From the NCBI GenBank assembly GCA_015065965.1, contig SVPH01000012.1, positions 3,841-67,840 of the forward strand: a stretch of DNA of 64,000 nt, written 5' to 3'. The notes under the pieces were generated by a model, which saw nothing but the letters and a program-made list of their open reading frames with translations, searched no databases and had not been told where the DNA came from. Of the stretch, positions 27,677 to 37,008 are shown piece by piece. How positions within the stretch are numbered: position 1 is the stretch's first letter; each line of letters starts with the position of its first letter. The DNA comes from Oscillospiraceae bacterium. GTDB lineage: Bacteria > Bacillota > Clostridia > Oscillospirales > Acutalibacteraceae. The position numbers and the translations under genes are program-made.

Positions 27677-28467
27677 TGAAAAAGTATTTATTTGTTGACG
27701 AAGTTTTTGAAATTGATTGTGGAAAAGGGTTTAACGGTTATCCGGAATTTGAAACACAGTCCGATAAATGTATTGCTAAAATTTCAGTTGGTAATTTTGC
27801 TGAGATAGGTACAAGCACATTTGGTGTTGAGTATGTTTCCAAACCATATGCACATATTTTGCGTTCTGCATCGGACGGATCTTCAATGCTGTTTTCAAAC
27901 GATGATTGGAGTGAAAGTTTCGTTTGCAGCGGCAACAATGGCGAATACAGTGAAGAACTTATGATAACGTCAGTTTATTCTGCGTTGTGCAAGTTTAGGA
28001 CACTGTTTTTACATGCATCTGTTATTGATTTGAACGGTCAGGGAATAGTGTTTGTTGGTCCTTCAGGAATCGGAAAAACAACTCAGGCTGAACTGTGGAA
28101 AAAGGTTGAAGGAGCAGACATTCTTAACGGAGATAAGGTTTTTATCAGAAATTTTGATAAAGGTGTATTTGCTTACGGTTCACCGTGGAAAGGTTCATCA
28201 TCCTATTTTGCCAACAAAAAAACATTATTAAAGGGTGTTGTTGTTTTAAAACAAGGTAAAATCAACAGAATTAGGCGTGTTGACCTTGTTGAAGCAATAG
28301 AAACATTTATGCCCCATGTATTTTTGCCTCATTGGGATGAAGAATGCATGAAAAATGCATTGGCAACTCTTGACGATATAATTAATGTTGTACCTATATG
28401 GATGCTCGAATGTCAGCCGGACGGAGAAGCAGTAAAAATAACTAAAGAATCGGTTTTGGGTGAGTGA
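27676..28467 (+). CDS. HPr-kinase-like P-loop kinase (ScmC/PadeK-like)
   Basis: FLHASVI...G.VFVGPSGIGKTT, ILNGD, YGSPWKG. Confidence 0.8.
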   Translation: MKKYLFVDEVFEIDCGKGFNGYPEFETQSDKCIAKISVGNFAEIGTSTFGVEYVSKPYAHILRSASDGSSMLFSNDDWSESFVCSGNNGEYSEELMITSVYSALCKFRTLFLHASVIDLNGQGIVFVGPSGIGKTTQAELWKKVEGADILNGDKVFIRNFDKGVFAYGSPWKGSSSYFANKKTLLKGVVVLKQGKINRIRRVDLVEAIETFMPHVFLPHWDEECMKNALATLDDIINVVPIWMLECQPDGEAVKITKESVLGE

Positions 28468-28924
28468 TTTGAAAATAATCGAAATGAATTCTGCTGAAGG
28501 CTGCGGAGTGGTTGAAGAACTGCTTAAAAACGGCTCAAACGTTCATTTGTGTGTTACGGGTTCGAGTATGATGCCTTTTTTATCACCGAACAGAGATGTG
28601 GTTGTACTTCGCTCATGTAAAGATGATTCGTTCAAATTTGGTCAGATTTTGTTATTTAAGCGTTCCGACGGAAGGTTGGTTTTGCACCGTATAAGAAAAA
28701 TAAAAGGCAATACTCTTACGATGAACGGCGATTCGCAGGTGTGGTGTGAATCTATACATAAGGAACAGGCTGTTGCCTGTGTTGCGCAAGTAATAAAAAA
28801 CGGTAAATGTATAGAAGCAGAGTCAGTCAGGTATAAATTGTGGGCAATTTTGTGGTATCCTACTCGTCCGATTCGGTTGTTTATGAAAAAAATCAGAAAT
28901 GCATTTAAACTTCGGAGGAGATAA
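28460..28924 (+). CDS. S24/S26-family peptidase without N-terminal TM
   Basis: VTGSSMMPFL (Ser nucleophile), LVLHRI, NGD; hydrophilic N-terminus. Confidence 0.85.
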   Translation: MSDLKIIEMNSAEGCGVVEELLKNGSNVHLCVTGSSMMPFLSPNRDVVVLRSCKDDSFKFGQILLFKRSDGRLVLHRIRKIKGNTLTMNGDSQVWCESIHKEQAVACVAQVIKNGKCIEAESVRYKLWAILWYPTRPIRLFMKKIRNAFKLRRR

Positions 28925-28927
28925 ATT

Positions 28928-30091
28928 TTGACACAGACAGAACTTAATTTAACAACGGTTCTCGGCATGATACTCCGTGGTGAAAAACTGGATTTTTCAA
29001 TCTTACCTTCAGGGACAAGTTTAGAAGAAATTCTGAAGTGCGCAAAGAAGAATTCAGTTTTGCATTTACTATATAATACGATAGTTTCAAATGCCGATGA
29101 ATGTTTTGATGATTCTGAGTTTATAATGTATGAAATAAGTTCAGCAAAAAAAGAAGCAAACCAGAGTTTTGCATGGTCAGAATTTGAAATATGCGCTGAA
29201 GAAAACGGCGTTGATATTCTTATGCTTAAGGGTATATATCTAAAGAACTTTTACCCCAACCCAGAACTGCGTGAAATGTGTGATATTGATATCCTTTATA
29301 AACCTGAACAAGCAAAGAAACTTGAAAAAGTTTTTGTTTCTCTCGGGTATAAGAAATGCAAATCCACCACTTGTCATGACGGTTGGTTTAACAGTGAAAA
29401 CGGAGTGACTTTTGAGGCACATCATATTCTCAACTCAGAGGAGGAGAACAGTTTATGTTTTTACGGAGATTTGAGAAAAAGAGCGGTTGCGGTTGAAGGT
29501 AAAAAACATATTTTTCACATGACAAATGAAGATATGTATATTCACTTGCTTTTACATATGCGTTCGCATTTGAGAACAGGTTCGGCTTCACTCAGGCAAC
29601 TTGCCGATTTATATATAATGAAAATAAATAATACTAATTATAATGAAAAAACTGACGGGTATCTTAAAGAACTTGGGCTTGAAAGGTTTGCTGATAGTTT
29701 AGAACAGTTAATAGTTTTACTTTTTGAAAACAATTCTGCTTTAATAAAAAATAGCGAACTTTCAGCACTTGCGGATTTTATATTTGGCAATTTAACTTTT
29801 GGTCAATTCAGCAATATTCAGGCACAGGCGGCATATAGAAGCGGAGGTAGTAAACTGAGAGCCGTATTATTGCAGATTTTTCCCAAACCTGAAAAAATTT
29901 ATAAAAGTTATCCGTTTTTTGCAAGGTACAGATATTTGTTACCTTTTGGATATATATACCGTTTGATGCAATCTTTCGGTATCAGAAAAAACAACAAAAA
30001 AAAGAAGTTAACGGTTTTAAACGGAGTTACGGCTGATGCTGCACTTCAAGGTGAAAAAATTGCCGAATTTTTGGATAAATACGGAATTTGA
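28928..30091 (+). CDS. Nucleotidyltransferase family protein (NTP_transf_5-like)
   Basis: MLKG..L..FYP.PELREMCDIDIL, EAHH, H...H...G..SLRQLAD. Confidence 0.85.
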   Translation: MTQTELNLTTVLGMILRGEKLDFSILPSGTSLEEILKCAKKNSVLHLLYNTIVSNADECFDDSEFIMYEISSAKKEANQSFAWSEFEICAEENGVDILMLKGIYLKNFYPNPELREMCDIDILYKPEQAKKLEKVFVSLGYKKCKSTTCHDGWFNSENGVTFEAHHILNSEEENSLCFYGDLRKRAVAVEGKKHIFHMTNEDMYIHLLLHMRSHLRTGSASLRQLADLYIMKINNTNYNEKTDGYLKELGLERFADSLEQLIVLLFENNSALIKNSELSALADFIFGNLTFGQFSNIQAQAAYRSGGSKLRAVLLQIFPKPEKIYKSYPFFARYRYLLPFGYIYRLMQSFGIRKNNKKKKLTVLNGVTADAALQGEKIAEFLDKYGI

Positions 30092-30106
30092 CGAGGAGAA
30101 ATTGTT

Positions 30107-30733
30107 ATGTATAAACGCTATATAAAACGTTTGATAGATATTATTTTGTCATTTGTCGGACTTGTTGTTCTTGCGATTCCTATGCTTGTGGTTGCGATGA
30201 TTATAAAAATTGATTCTCCGGGACCAGTGTTTTTTAAACAGAAAAGAATAGGTGAAAATAAAACACATTTTAATATTATCAAATTCCGCTCTATGTCTGT
30301 TAATGCTCCCAAGGATATGCCCACCCACATGCTCGCAAATCCCGAAGCGTTCCTCAGCAAATGGCAAAGATTCATAAGAAAAAGTTCAATTGATGAGTTA
30401 CCCCAACTTTTTTGCATATTAAGAGGCGAAATGAGCATCATCGGTCCGAGACCAGCACTTTGGAATCAGTATGATTTGATCGAAGAAAGGGATAGATATG
30501 GAGCGAACGATGTTAAGCCCGGGCTTACGGGTTGGGCGCAAATAAACGGCAGGGATGAACTGCCTGTTGCCGTTAAGGCAAAGTATGACGGCGAATATGT
30601 TCGGAAACTGAGTTTTATTTTTGATTGCAAATGCTTTTTCGGTACGATTCTTAAAGTTCTTAAACATGAAGGTGTTGTTGAAGGCGAAGCAAGTATAGCA
30701 AATGCTAAAGATAAAGAGAAGGTGGAAAAATGA
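30107..30733 (+). CDS. Initiating sugar-phosphate (phosphoglycosyl) transferase
   Basis: KRLIDI, GPVFFKQ.RIG, KFRSM, SIDELPQL, GEMSIIGPRP, KPGLTGWAQ.NGR. Confidence 0.95.
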   Translation: MYKRYIKRLIDIILSFVGLVVLAIPMLVVAMIIKIDSPGPVFFKQKRIGENKTHFNIIKFRSMSVNAPKDMPTHMLANPEAFLSKWQRFIRKSSIDELPQLFCILRGEMSIIGPRPALWNQYDLIEERDRYGANDVKPGLTGWAQINGRDELPVAVKAKYDGEYVRKLSFIFDCKCFFGTILKVLKHEGVVEGEASIANAKDKEKVEK

Positions 30734-31605
30734 TTGATCCCAAATTTGCGGTAATGTCCATGGATATTGAAGATTGGTATCATCTTAATTATTTCTTGGG
30801 AAAAGCATCGGCGGATTTTTCAATGCTTGATGGCTTTGGAAACTATGTTGATTTGCTTAATAGGCATGAAATAAAAACAACATTCTTTGTTCTTAGTGAA
30901 CTCGCAGAAAAAATAAAAGAAGAACTTAAATATGCTGTTTCATGCGGCCATGAGATAGCCTGCCACGGTAAAACTCATGTGCGTCCGCTCGATATGGAGG
31001 TAAAGGCATTCAGAGCAGAGATAACTCAGGCAAAATTAACCCTTGAAGATATAATTGGTAAAGAGGTTATAGGCTATCGTGCACCGTGCTACGGAATTGA
31101 TGATGAAAGATATGCTGCTGTAAAAGAGGTTGGGTTTAAGTACAGTTCAAGCAGAATGGATGTCCCCAACCATCCGCTTTACGGAGAAATCGACTTGAGC
31201 GACTATACTCAGCCTGTAAAAGGTGTTTATTATAAAAACGGTTTTGCTGAGTTTTCTTTGAGCACACAGGAAGTTTTGGGCAAGCACATTGCGGTTTCCG
31301 GTGGTGGTTGGATAAGAATTCTGCCATGGGACATGCTTATGAAACCTCTGATTAAGAAATATCTTGAGAATGCGGAAAGTTATTTTCTTTACATACATCC
31401 GTTTGAACTTTCAAAAAAAGATATGCCCGAGGTCGCAGACACAGGTTTTTTGACAAATATAAGGGCAAGAAGAGGTCTCGGCAAGGTAGATGTAAGAGTC
31501 GAGGAACTTATTTCATTGCTTGAAAGAAAAAACTTTAAATTCACCACATTCGGTGAGTGTTATGCCAAACTTATTGCAGATGAAAAAGAACAGATTAAAG
31601 GTTAA
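30730..31605 (+). CDS. Polysaccharide deacetylase (CE4-like, DUF3473 type)
   Basis: SMDIEDWY, TTFFVL, GHEIACHG..H, GYRAP, SGGGW.R, YIHPFE. Confidence 0.9.
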   Translation: MIDPKFAVMSMDIEDWYHLNYFLGKASADFSMLDGFGNYVDLLNRHEIKTTFFVLSELAEKIKEELKYAVSCGHEIACHGKTHVRPLDMEVKAFRAEITQAKLTLEDIIGKEVIGYRAPCYGIDDERYAAVKEVGFKYSSSRMDVPNHPLYGEIDLSDYTQPVKGVYYKNGFAEFSLSTQEVLGKHIAVSGGGWIRILPWDMLMKPLIKKYLENAESYFLYIHPFELSKKDMPEVADTGFLTNIRARRGLGKVDVRVEELISLLERKNFKFTTFGECYAKLIADEKEQIKG

Positions 31606-31617
31606 GAGGTGCTATTA

Positions 31618-32865
31618 ATGAACATTTGGATAATTGATCACTATTCTTCAGAACCAAAACACGGAGGAATTTCAAGGCAGTATGACTTTGCAAACGGTTT
31701 ATCATCACGAGGTCATAAAGTGTTGGTTGTTTCATCTGCTTTTTCGCATTTTTCTCATAAATACATAACAACAGAGGAGTGCATGACATCTGAGGTTAAC
31801 CCCAATGCATATTACGCTTATGTCCGTACTCCTGAATATTCCGAAAACAAAAGTGCAAAGAGATTTCTGAATACACTCGCGTTTGTAAAATCCGTGCTTA
31901 AGAATGAAAAGAAACTTGTGAAAAAATTTGGCAAACCCGATGTGGTTGTAGGATGTTCAATTCATCCTTTTACATGGATTGCCGCTTATAAGATTTCGCA
32001 GAAATACGGTGCACGCTTTATAGCAGAAGTGCGTGATTTGTGGCCGGCATCGTGGATTTACAACAAGGGTCTTAATCCAAAACATCCTAAAGCATTACTT
32101 TTCAGCACTCTTGAAAAATGGGCATATGACAGGGCAGAAACCATCATATACTCGATGTCAAAAGGTCACGAATATATCAGCGATATTCTCGGATATCCCA
32201 GAGAAAAAATGATTTGGATTGATCAGCCAATGGATTGCGAACGATTTGATAAAAACGCAGAAAGGTATAATGAACTTCCTGCAGAAATACGTGAGTTTAT
32301 TGGCGATGATTTCCTATGCGTGTTTGGCGGATATTATATGATTTATGAGGGTGTTTATGAAATGCTGGAGGCTGCCAAAATCCTTTCAGACAAGGGTTTG
32401 CCCGTGAAATTTGTGTTTGTCGGTAGCGGCAAAGAAGCGGAAGGCATGCAGAAGTATGTTGATGATAACAATCTTGACAATGTTCTTGTTTACGGACGCA
32501 TTTCAAAAGAATTGATTCCCGCTTTGCTCAGAAGGGCACAGGTCACCCTTGCGCACCTTGCAGTTAAGAATAATCCTAATTCTTACCGCTTTGATGCATC
32601 CAAAAATAAGATTAATGAATATATGTATTCGGGCTCCTGCATTGTTTATGGCACATGTCTTAAAGACCATTTTGTTAAAACATCAGGTGCAGGTTATACA
32701 ATTACACCGTATAGTTCGGAAGAATTTGCCGACAGAATAGAAACAGTTTATATGATGCCTGAGGAAGAAAGAGCAGTTTTTGGCAGAAAGGCATGTGAAT
32801 ATATTAAGTCAAACAACACTCTTGAGGTGCTGACAGATAAATACGAAAGTATTCTTAATAAATAA
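31618..32865 (+). CDS. GT4 glycosyltransferase (WbuB-like)
   Basis: GH.VLVV, KPDVV, EVRDLWP, FVGSG, NKINEYM; start at ATG 31618 after GAGGTG. Confidence 0.9.
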   Translation: MNIWIIDHYSSEPKHGGISRQYDFANGLSSRGHKVLVVSSAFSHFSHKYITTEECMTSEVNPNAYYAYVRTPEYSENKSAKRFLNTLAFVKSVLKNEKKLVKKFGKPDVVVGCSIHPFTWIAAYKISQKYGARFIAEVRDLWPASWIYNKGLNPKHPKALLFSTLEKWAYDRAETIIYSMSKGHEYISDILGYPREKMIWIDQPMDCERFDKNAERYNELPAEIREFIGDDFLCVFGGYYMIYEGVYEMLEAAKILSDKGLPVKFVFVGSGKEAEGMQKYVDDNNLDNVLVYGRISKELIPALLRRAQVTLAHLAVKNNPNSYRFDASKNKINEYMYSGSCIVYGTCLKDHFVKTSGAGYTITPYSSEEFADRIETVYMMPEEERAVFGRKACEYIKSNNTLEVLTDKYESILNK

Positions 32866-32892
32866 CCGGATTACTACAGACAGGAGAATTTT

Positions 32893-34053
32893 ATGGATTT
32901 TAAGGGAACAAGAGTTCTTGTACTTGACGGTTTCGGTCGACAGGTTGCAATTATTCTTAAAGAATTACATGATTTGGGCTGCGTTTGCACAACGCTGAAC
33001 TGCTCAAAGATGGATGTTGGCTATGTATCAAGATATCCGGTGAAAAAAATTCTTGAGCCGCAGACAAGGTATGACATGGCAGAACTTAAAAAAGTTCTTG
33101 ACAGAGAAATTTTTTCAGGCAACTACGATGTTGTTATGCCCATGACAGAACCTACAACAGACACACTTTGGGAGAATAAGGATTTATATTTGCCTTATGT
33201 TAAGTATGCCTGCGCAGATGAGGAGTGTTTTGTTAAGGCGTATGACAAGCAACTCACAATGGAACTTTGCACAAAAAACGGAATTAACTGTCCGATTACC
33301 AAAATGGATGATGAATCCATGGATGAGTTCCTTGCAAAAGTAAAGTTTCCGCTTGCACTTAAGCCAAGAAAAGGTTCAGGTTCAAGAGGCTTCTATAAAG
33401 CAGAAACGAAAGAAAGGCTTTTTGAACTTATAAACAGCGGTGCTGTTAAAGTTGATGAGTATGTAATTCAAGAGTTTATTGAAAATGCGGAAACTCACAG
33501 AGTTTCTTATACATTTATAGATAATGATGGTGAAGTTAAAACATCAATGATTGCAAAGTCTTCGATGCCTTATCCGCTTGGAGTCGGAACAAACTCACTG
33601 TTCCAGAGTTGCAATATGCCGGAAGTGGCGCTACAGGCTGAAAAACTTCTTAAACTTATGAATTGGCGCGGATATGCCTCAGTATGTTTTATTGAGAGTG
33701 AAGAGGATCATATACCAAAGGTTATGGAAATCAATGGCAGAATTTCTGCAAGCCTAAAAATCAGTTGGTATTGCGGTGCACATGTTGTTCGTCAGATGCT
33801 TGAAAGAGCCTACGGAGTACCTGTTACTTCTTATATAAAAGATTATCCCGATGGATTAAGAATCCGCCATTGGCAGGCGACGGCAATGTGGTTTGTCAAA
33901 TCGCCGGACAGGTTTAAAACAAAGCCTTTTTGTTTTACTCCGTTCAAAACCAAAGATGTAGTTTTTTCGCTTTCTGACCCGCTTCCGTGGTTTGCATATA
34001 CAATCTCTTGCTTTGCAAGGTATAAAGGCGAAATGGAAAAAAGAAAAAGATAA
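32893..34053 (+). CDS. ATP-grasp carboxylate-amine ligase family protein
   Basis: DKQLT, KFPLALKPRKGSGSRG, VIQEFI, MEINGR. Confidence 0.88.
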   Translation: MDFKGTRVLVLDGFGRQVAIILKELHDLGCVCTTLNCSKMDVGYVSRYPVKKILEPQTRYDMAELKKVLDREIFSGNYDVVMPMTEPTTDTLWENKDLYLPYVKYACADEECFVKAYDKQLTMELCTKNGINCPITKMDDESMDEFLAKVKFPLALKPRKGSGSRGFYKAETKERLFELINSGAVKVDEYVIQEFIENAETHRVSYTFIDNDGEVKTSMIAKSSMPYPLGVGTNSLFQSCNMPEVALQAEKLLKLMNWRGYASVCFIESEEDHIPKVMEINGRISASLKISWYCGAHVVRQMLERAYGVPVTSYIKDYPDGLRIRHWQATAMWFVKSPDRFKTKPFCFTPFKTKDVVFSLSDPLPWFAYTISCFARYKGEMEKRKR

Positions 34054-34070
34054 TTCAAGGGGAAAAATTA

Positions 34071-35345
34071 ATGGGAATAGATGTAATTTCTTTAGTTATA
34101 TTTATAGGTTGTATTGTCCTTTTTATTTGGGACAAACTTCCAATGGCTACAACCGCAATAATCGGCTGTGCGCTTATGGTTATATGCGGTGTGTGTGATT
34201 TCAAAACTGCATTCGGATCATTCTCTTCAAGCACGGTTATTTTGACCATCGGCGTTATGATTATCGGTTCAGCCATTGCGGAGACAGGTCTTGCTGAAAC
34301 CATAGGCAGATGGATAATCAGGGTTTCAAAGGGTTCTGAAACCAAACTCATTGCAGGAACATACCTTGTATCAGCACTGATGTCAGCGTTCCTTACAAAT
34401 TCTGCTGTTCTTGCGATTTTTATTCCCATTATTATGGGGCTTTCAAAGTCTAACGAAAAAATTAAATCAAAAAATCTTATAATGCCGATTGCGTATGGCT
34501 GTGTTATAGGCGGTGCATCAACGCTTGTAGGTTCAACTCAGCAGATGACTGCACAAGGACTTCTTGAAGAAAACGGTATCAGGCTTTTCAAGACTTTTGA
34601 CTTTACCCTTGTTGCAGGTATAATTTTGATTTTGGGTTTGTTTTACTGCCTTTTTATCGGCAGAAAACTCGGCGAAAAAATCTGGGGAAACAGACCGGAT
34701 GATGACAGTGCGGATGTTGATATTAAACCCTCAGAAGAGAGTTATTCTAAAACTAAGATGATAATAATGGCGTGCATTTTTTCTGTAACGGTAGTTCTTT
34801 ACATAACGGAATGGCTGCCGCTTGCGATAACAAGCACATCCGCAGCGCTTCTTTGTATAGTAACTGGATGTATAACACAAAAGAAGGCTGTTCTTTCGGT
34901 TAACTGGAACATTGTCGGAAGGCTTGCAGGTTGCCTTGGATTGGCTCAGGCTTTGTCATCAGCGGGTGGAACAGAACTGATAACAAAAGGGTTTAATGCT
35001 CTTGTAGGTGACAGTATCAGTCCTTTCCTGCTGTTCTGTATCCTTGTTTTTCTTGTTCAGTTTACAAGCGAATTTATTTCAAACTCAACAGCAATTCTTA
35101 TTGTTCTTCCTATAGTTATTGCTATTGCGCCGGATATGGGTCTTAATACTTATGCTTTTGCCTTGGGTATTACCGTTGCCTCAGGTGTTGCACTCAGTTG
35201 TCCTCTTGCAAGTTCAACTCTCGGCATGTCAATGTCTGTAGGTTACAGATTTAATGATTATTTTAAATATTCCATCATTTTTGATGTTGTTTCATATTTG
35301 GTTGTAGTAACACTTGTTCCCATGATTTACGGATTGACGGTTTAA
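34071..35345 (+). CDS. SLC13/DASS-type anion (di/tricarboxylate or sulfate) permease
   Basis: Multi-TM; SAFLTNSA, GGASTLVGS, SEFISNSTA, GYRFNDY. Confidence 0.85.
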   Translation: MGIDVISLVIFIGCIVLFIWDKLPMATTAIIGCALMVICGVCDFKTAFGSFSSSTVILTIGVMIIGSAIAETGLAETIGRWIIRVSKGSETKLIAGTYLVSALMSAFLTNSAVLAIFIPIIMGLSKSNEKIKSKNLIMPIAYGCVIGGASTLVGSTQQMTAQGLLEENGIRLFKTFDFTLVAGIILILGLFYCLFIGRKLGEKIWGNRPDDDSADVDIKPSEESYSKTKMIIMACIFSVTVVLYITEWLPLAITSTSAALLCIVTGCITQKKAVLSVNWNIVGRLAGCLGLAQALSSAGGTELITKGFNALVGDSISPFLLFCILVFLVQFTSEFISNSTAILIVLPIVIAIAPDMGLNTYAFALGITVASGVALSCPLASSTLGMSMSVGYRFNDYFKYSIIFDVVSYLVVVTLVPMIYGLTV

Positions 35346-35349
35346 AGAT

Positions 35350-36996
35350 ATGAAAAAAAAGATAAAACGATATATTTCAACGTTAAAATATTTGAGAGTT
35401 TCGCAAGCAGTTAACCGTGTTTTGAATAAGTTTAAGTCAAAAGAAAGAGGCAGTGCGGAATCAATGCCCGTAAAGTTTCGTAATGTAAATATTATGATAC
35501 CTGCTGTTGATATAGATGAGGGTTTTTGCCGCAGATACAATATTGATGAACTGATTAACGGTGAGATCTCAATTCTTAACAAAAAATTTAAGATTGATTA
35601 TTCCTCTAATTCACGCAAGGTAATGGCTCCTCTTTACAGATTTAATCTGTATTATTTTGAATATGCGGTTGTGCTTGGAGCAGAATATTCAAAAACAAAA
35701 AACGTAGAAATCTTAAATGTGTTCAAGCGTTTGTATGAAGATTATCTTAAAGAAAAGCCCGCACTTCATCCTTATGTAATCTCTTTGCATTTGCCTAATA
35801 TTCTGATTGCAATGGAGTTTTTTGGTAATGCACTGGATGAAGATTTCCGAAATAAAGTTTATACTGAATTATTTATACAATATAAGTATCTTCTCTCCCA
35901 CTTTGAAAAACACCTTCTTGCAAACCACTATTTTGAAAATCTCAAAGCGGCTGTTATTGCATCTTATTTTTTCGGAGATGACAAAGTCTGCCGAAAGAGT
36001 GTTAAGTTGTTGCATTCTCAGGTGAAAGAGCAGATTCTCCCTGACGGAGTGCATTTTGAACTTTCTCCGATGTACCACAAAATAATTCTTGAAGACCTTT
36101 TGAGAATTGCAAAATTATCTCAGAGTGAGGGCTTCCCTGAATGTGATTGGATTAAGCCTGTTATTCAAAATATGTTAGATGCCATGGCATCAATGGAAAA
36201 AGGTTTTTCAAGAACGCCTCTTTTTAATGATTCAGGCAATAATGTTGCAAAGTCTGCACAAAGCATTGAAATAGCCTGCAAGGATGTTCTCGGTATATTT
36301 CCGCGATATAAAGAAGAACTTGTCTCAAGCGGATATTATAAATTTTACAATGGTAAAATCGCGATGATGTTTGATGCAGGTAAAATCGGACCGGATTATA
36401 ATCCGGGTCACGGTCATTGTGATTGCTTGAGTTTTGAAGTCTGTGTTGACGGAAAGCCTTTGTTTGTTAATTCAGGTACTTATGAATATCAAGGCGATAT
36501 GAGAAAATATTTCCGTTCAACAAGAGCGCACAATACTTTAACAGTAGGTTCACGCGAACAGTCGGAGTGTTGGGGTGAGCACAGAGTCGGCAACAGAATT
36601 AAAAATATCAAGGTAACAAAAAAAGGAAGTTGTATTGACAGCGAATATAAAAACTGTTTTGGCGACAAGCACATGAGAACAGTTTTACTTGAAAACGGAA
36701 TTCTTACAGTTGAGGACTTGGTGGTTTCACCGTTAAACGAAACTGTTCACAGTTATCTTCATCTTGCGGATGGTTATACCTGTAAGGCTGATAAGGAAAG
36801 TATTACTGTTTATGAGAACACCGGAACAGAAGTTTGTAAGATTTTTTGCACGGATTGCAAGAGTGAGATTCATACTTCAGGCGAACTCTGTTCATATGCT
36901 CCTGATTTTGGTGTTCTCAAAAACAGCGAATGCGTAGAGTTTACATGGAAAAACGATGATAAAAAACACGGATATAAAATAAATTTTACAGAATAG
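35350..36996 (+). CDS. Heparinase II/III-like protein
   Basis: LANHYFEN, EQILPDGVHFELSPMYH, PLFNDS, GHGHCDCLSFE, RSTRAHNT. Confidence 0.9.
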   Translation: MKKKIKRYISTLKYLRVSQAVNRVLNKFKSKERGSAESMPVKFRNVNIMIPAVDIDEGFCRRYNIDELINGEISILNKKFKIDYSSNSRKVMAPLYRFNLYYFEYAVVLGAEYSKTKNVEILNVFKRLYEDYLKEKPALHPYVISLHLPNILIAMEFFGNALDEDFRNKVYTELFIQYKYLLSHFEKHLLANHYFENLKAAVIASYFFGDDKVCRKSVKLLHSQVKEQILPDGVHFELSPMYHKIILEDLLRIAKLSQSEGFPECDWIKPVIQNMLDAMASMEKGFSRTPLFNDSGNNVAKSAQSIEIACKDVLGIFPRYKEELVSSGYYKFYNGKIAMMFDAGKIGPDYNPGHGHCDCLSFEVCVDGKPLFVNSGTYEYQGDMRKYFRSTRAHNTLTVGSREQSECWGEHRVGNRIKNIKVTKKGSCIDSEYKNCFGDKHMRTVLLENGILTVEDLVVSPLNETVHSYLHLADGYTCKADKESITVYENTGTEVCKIFCTDCKSEIHTSGELCSYAPDFGVLKNSECVEFTWKNDDKKHGYKINFTE

Positions 36997-37008
36997 AGGC
37001 AATGGATA

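Noticed and set aside
24352-30091. Lasso peptide cluster
   Set aside because: A YxxP leader, RRE, kinase and nucleotidyltransferase are present, but no asparagine-synthetase-like cyclase or B2 protease is in the window, and the core is too long.
35350-35365. Phase-variable poly-A tract at a gene start (similar at 47654)
   Set aside because: A8 runs are explained by N-terminal Lys codons in AT-rich DNA, and the frames are intact.
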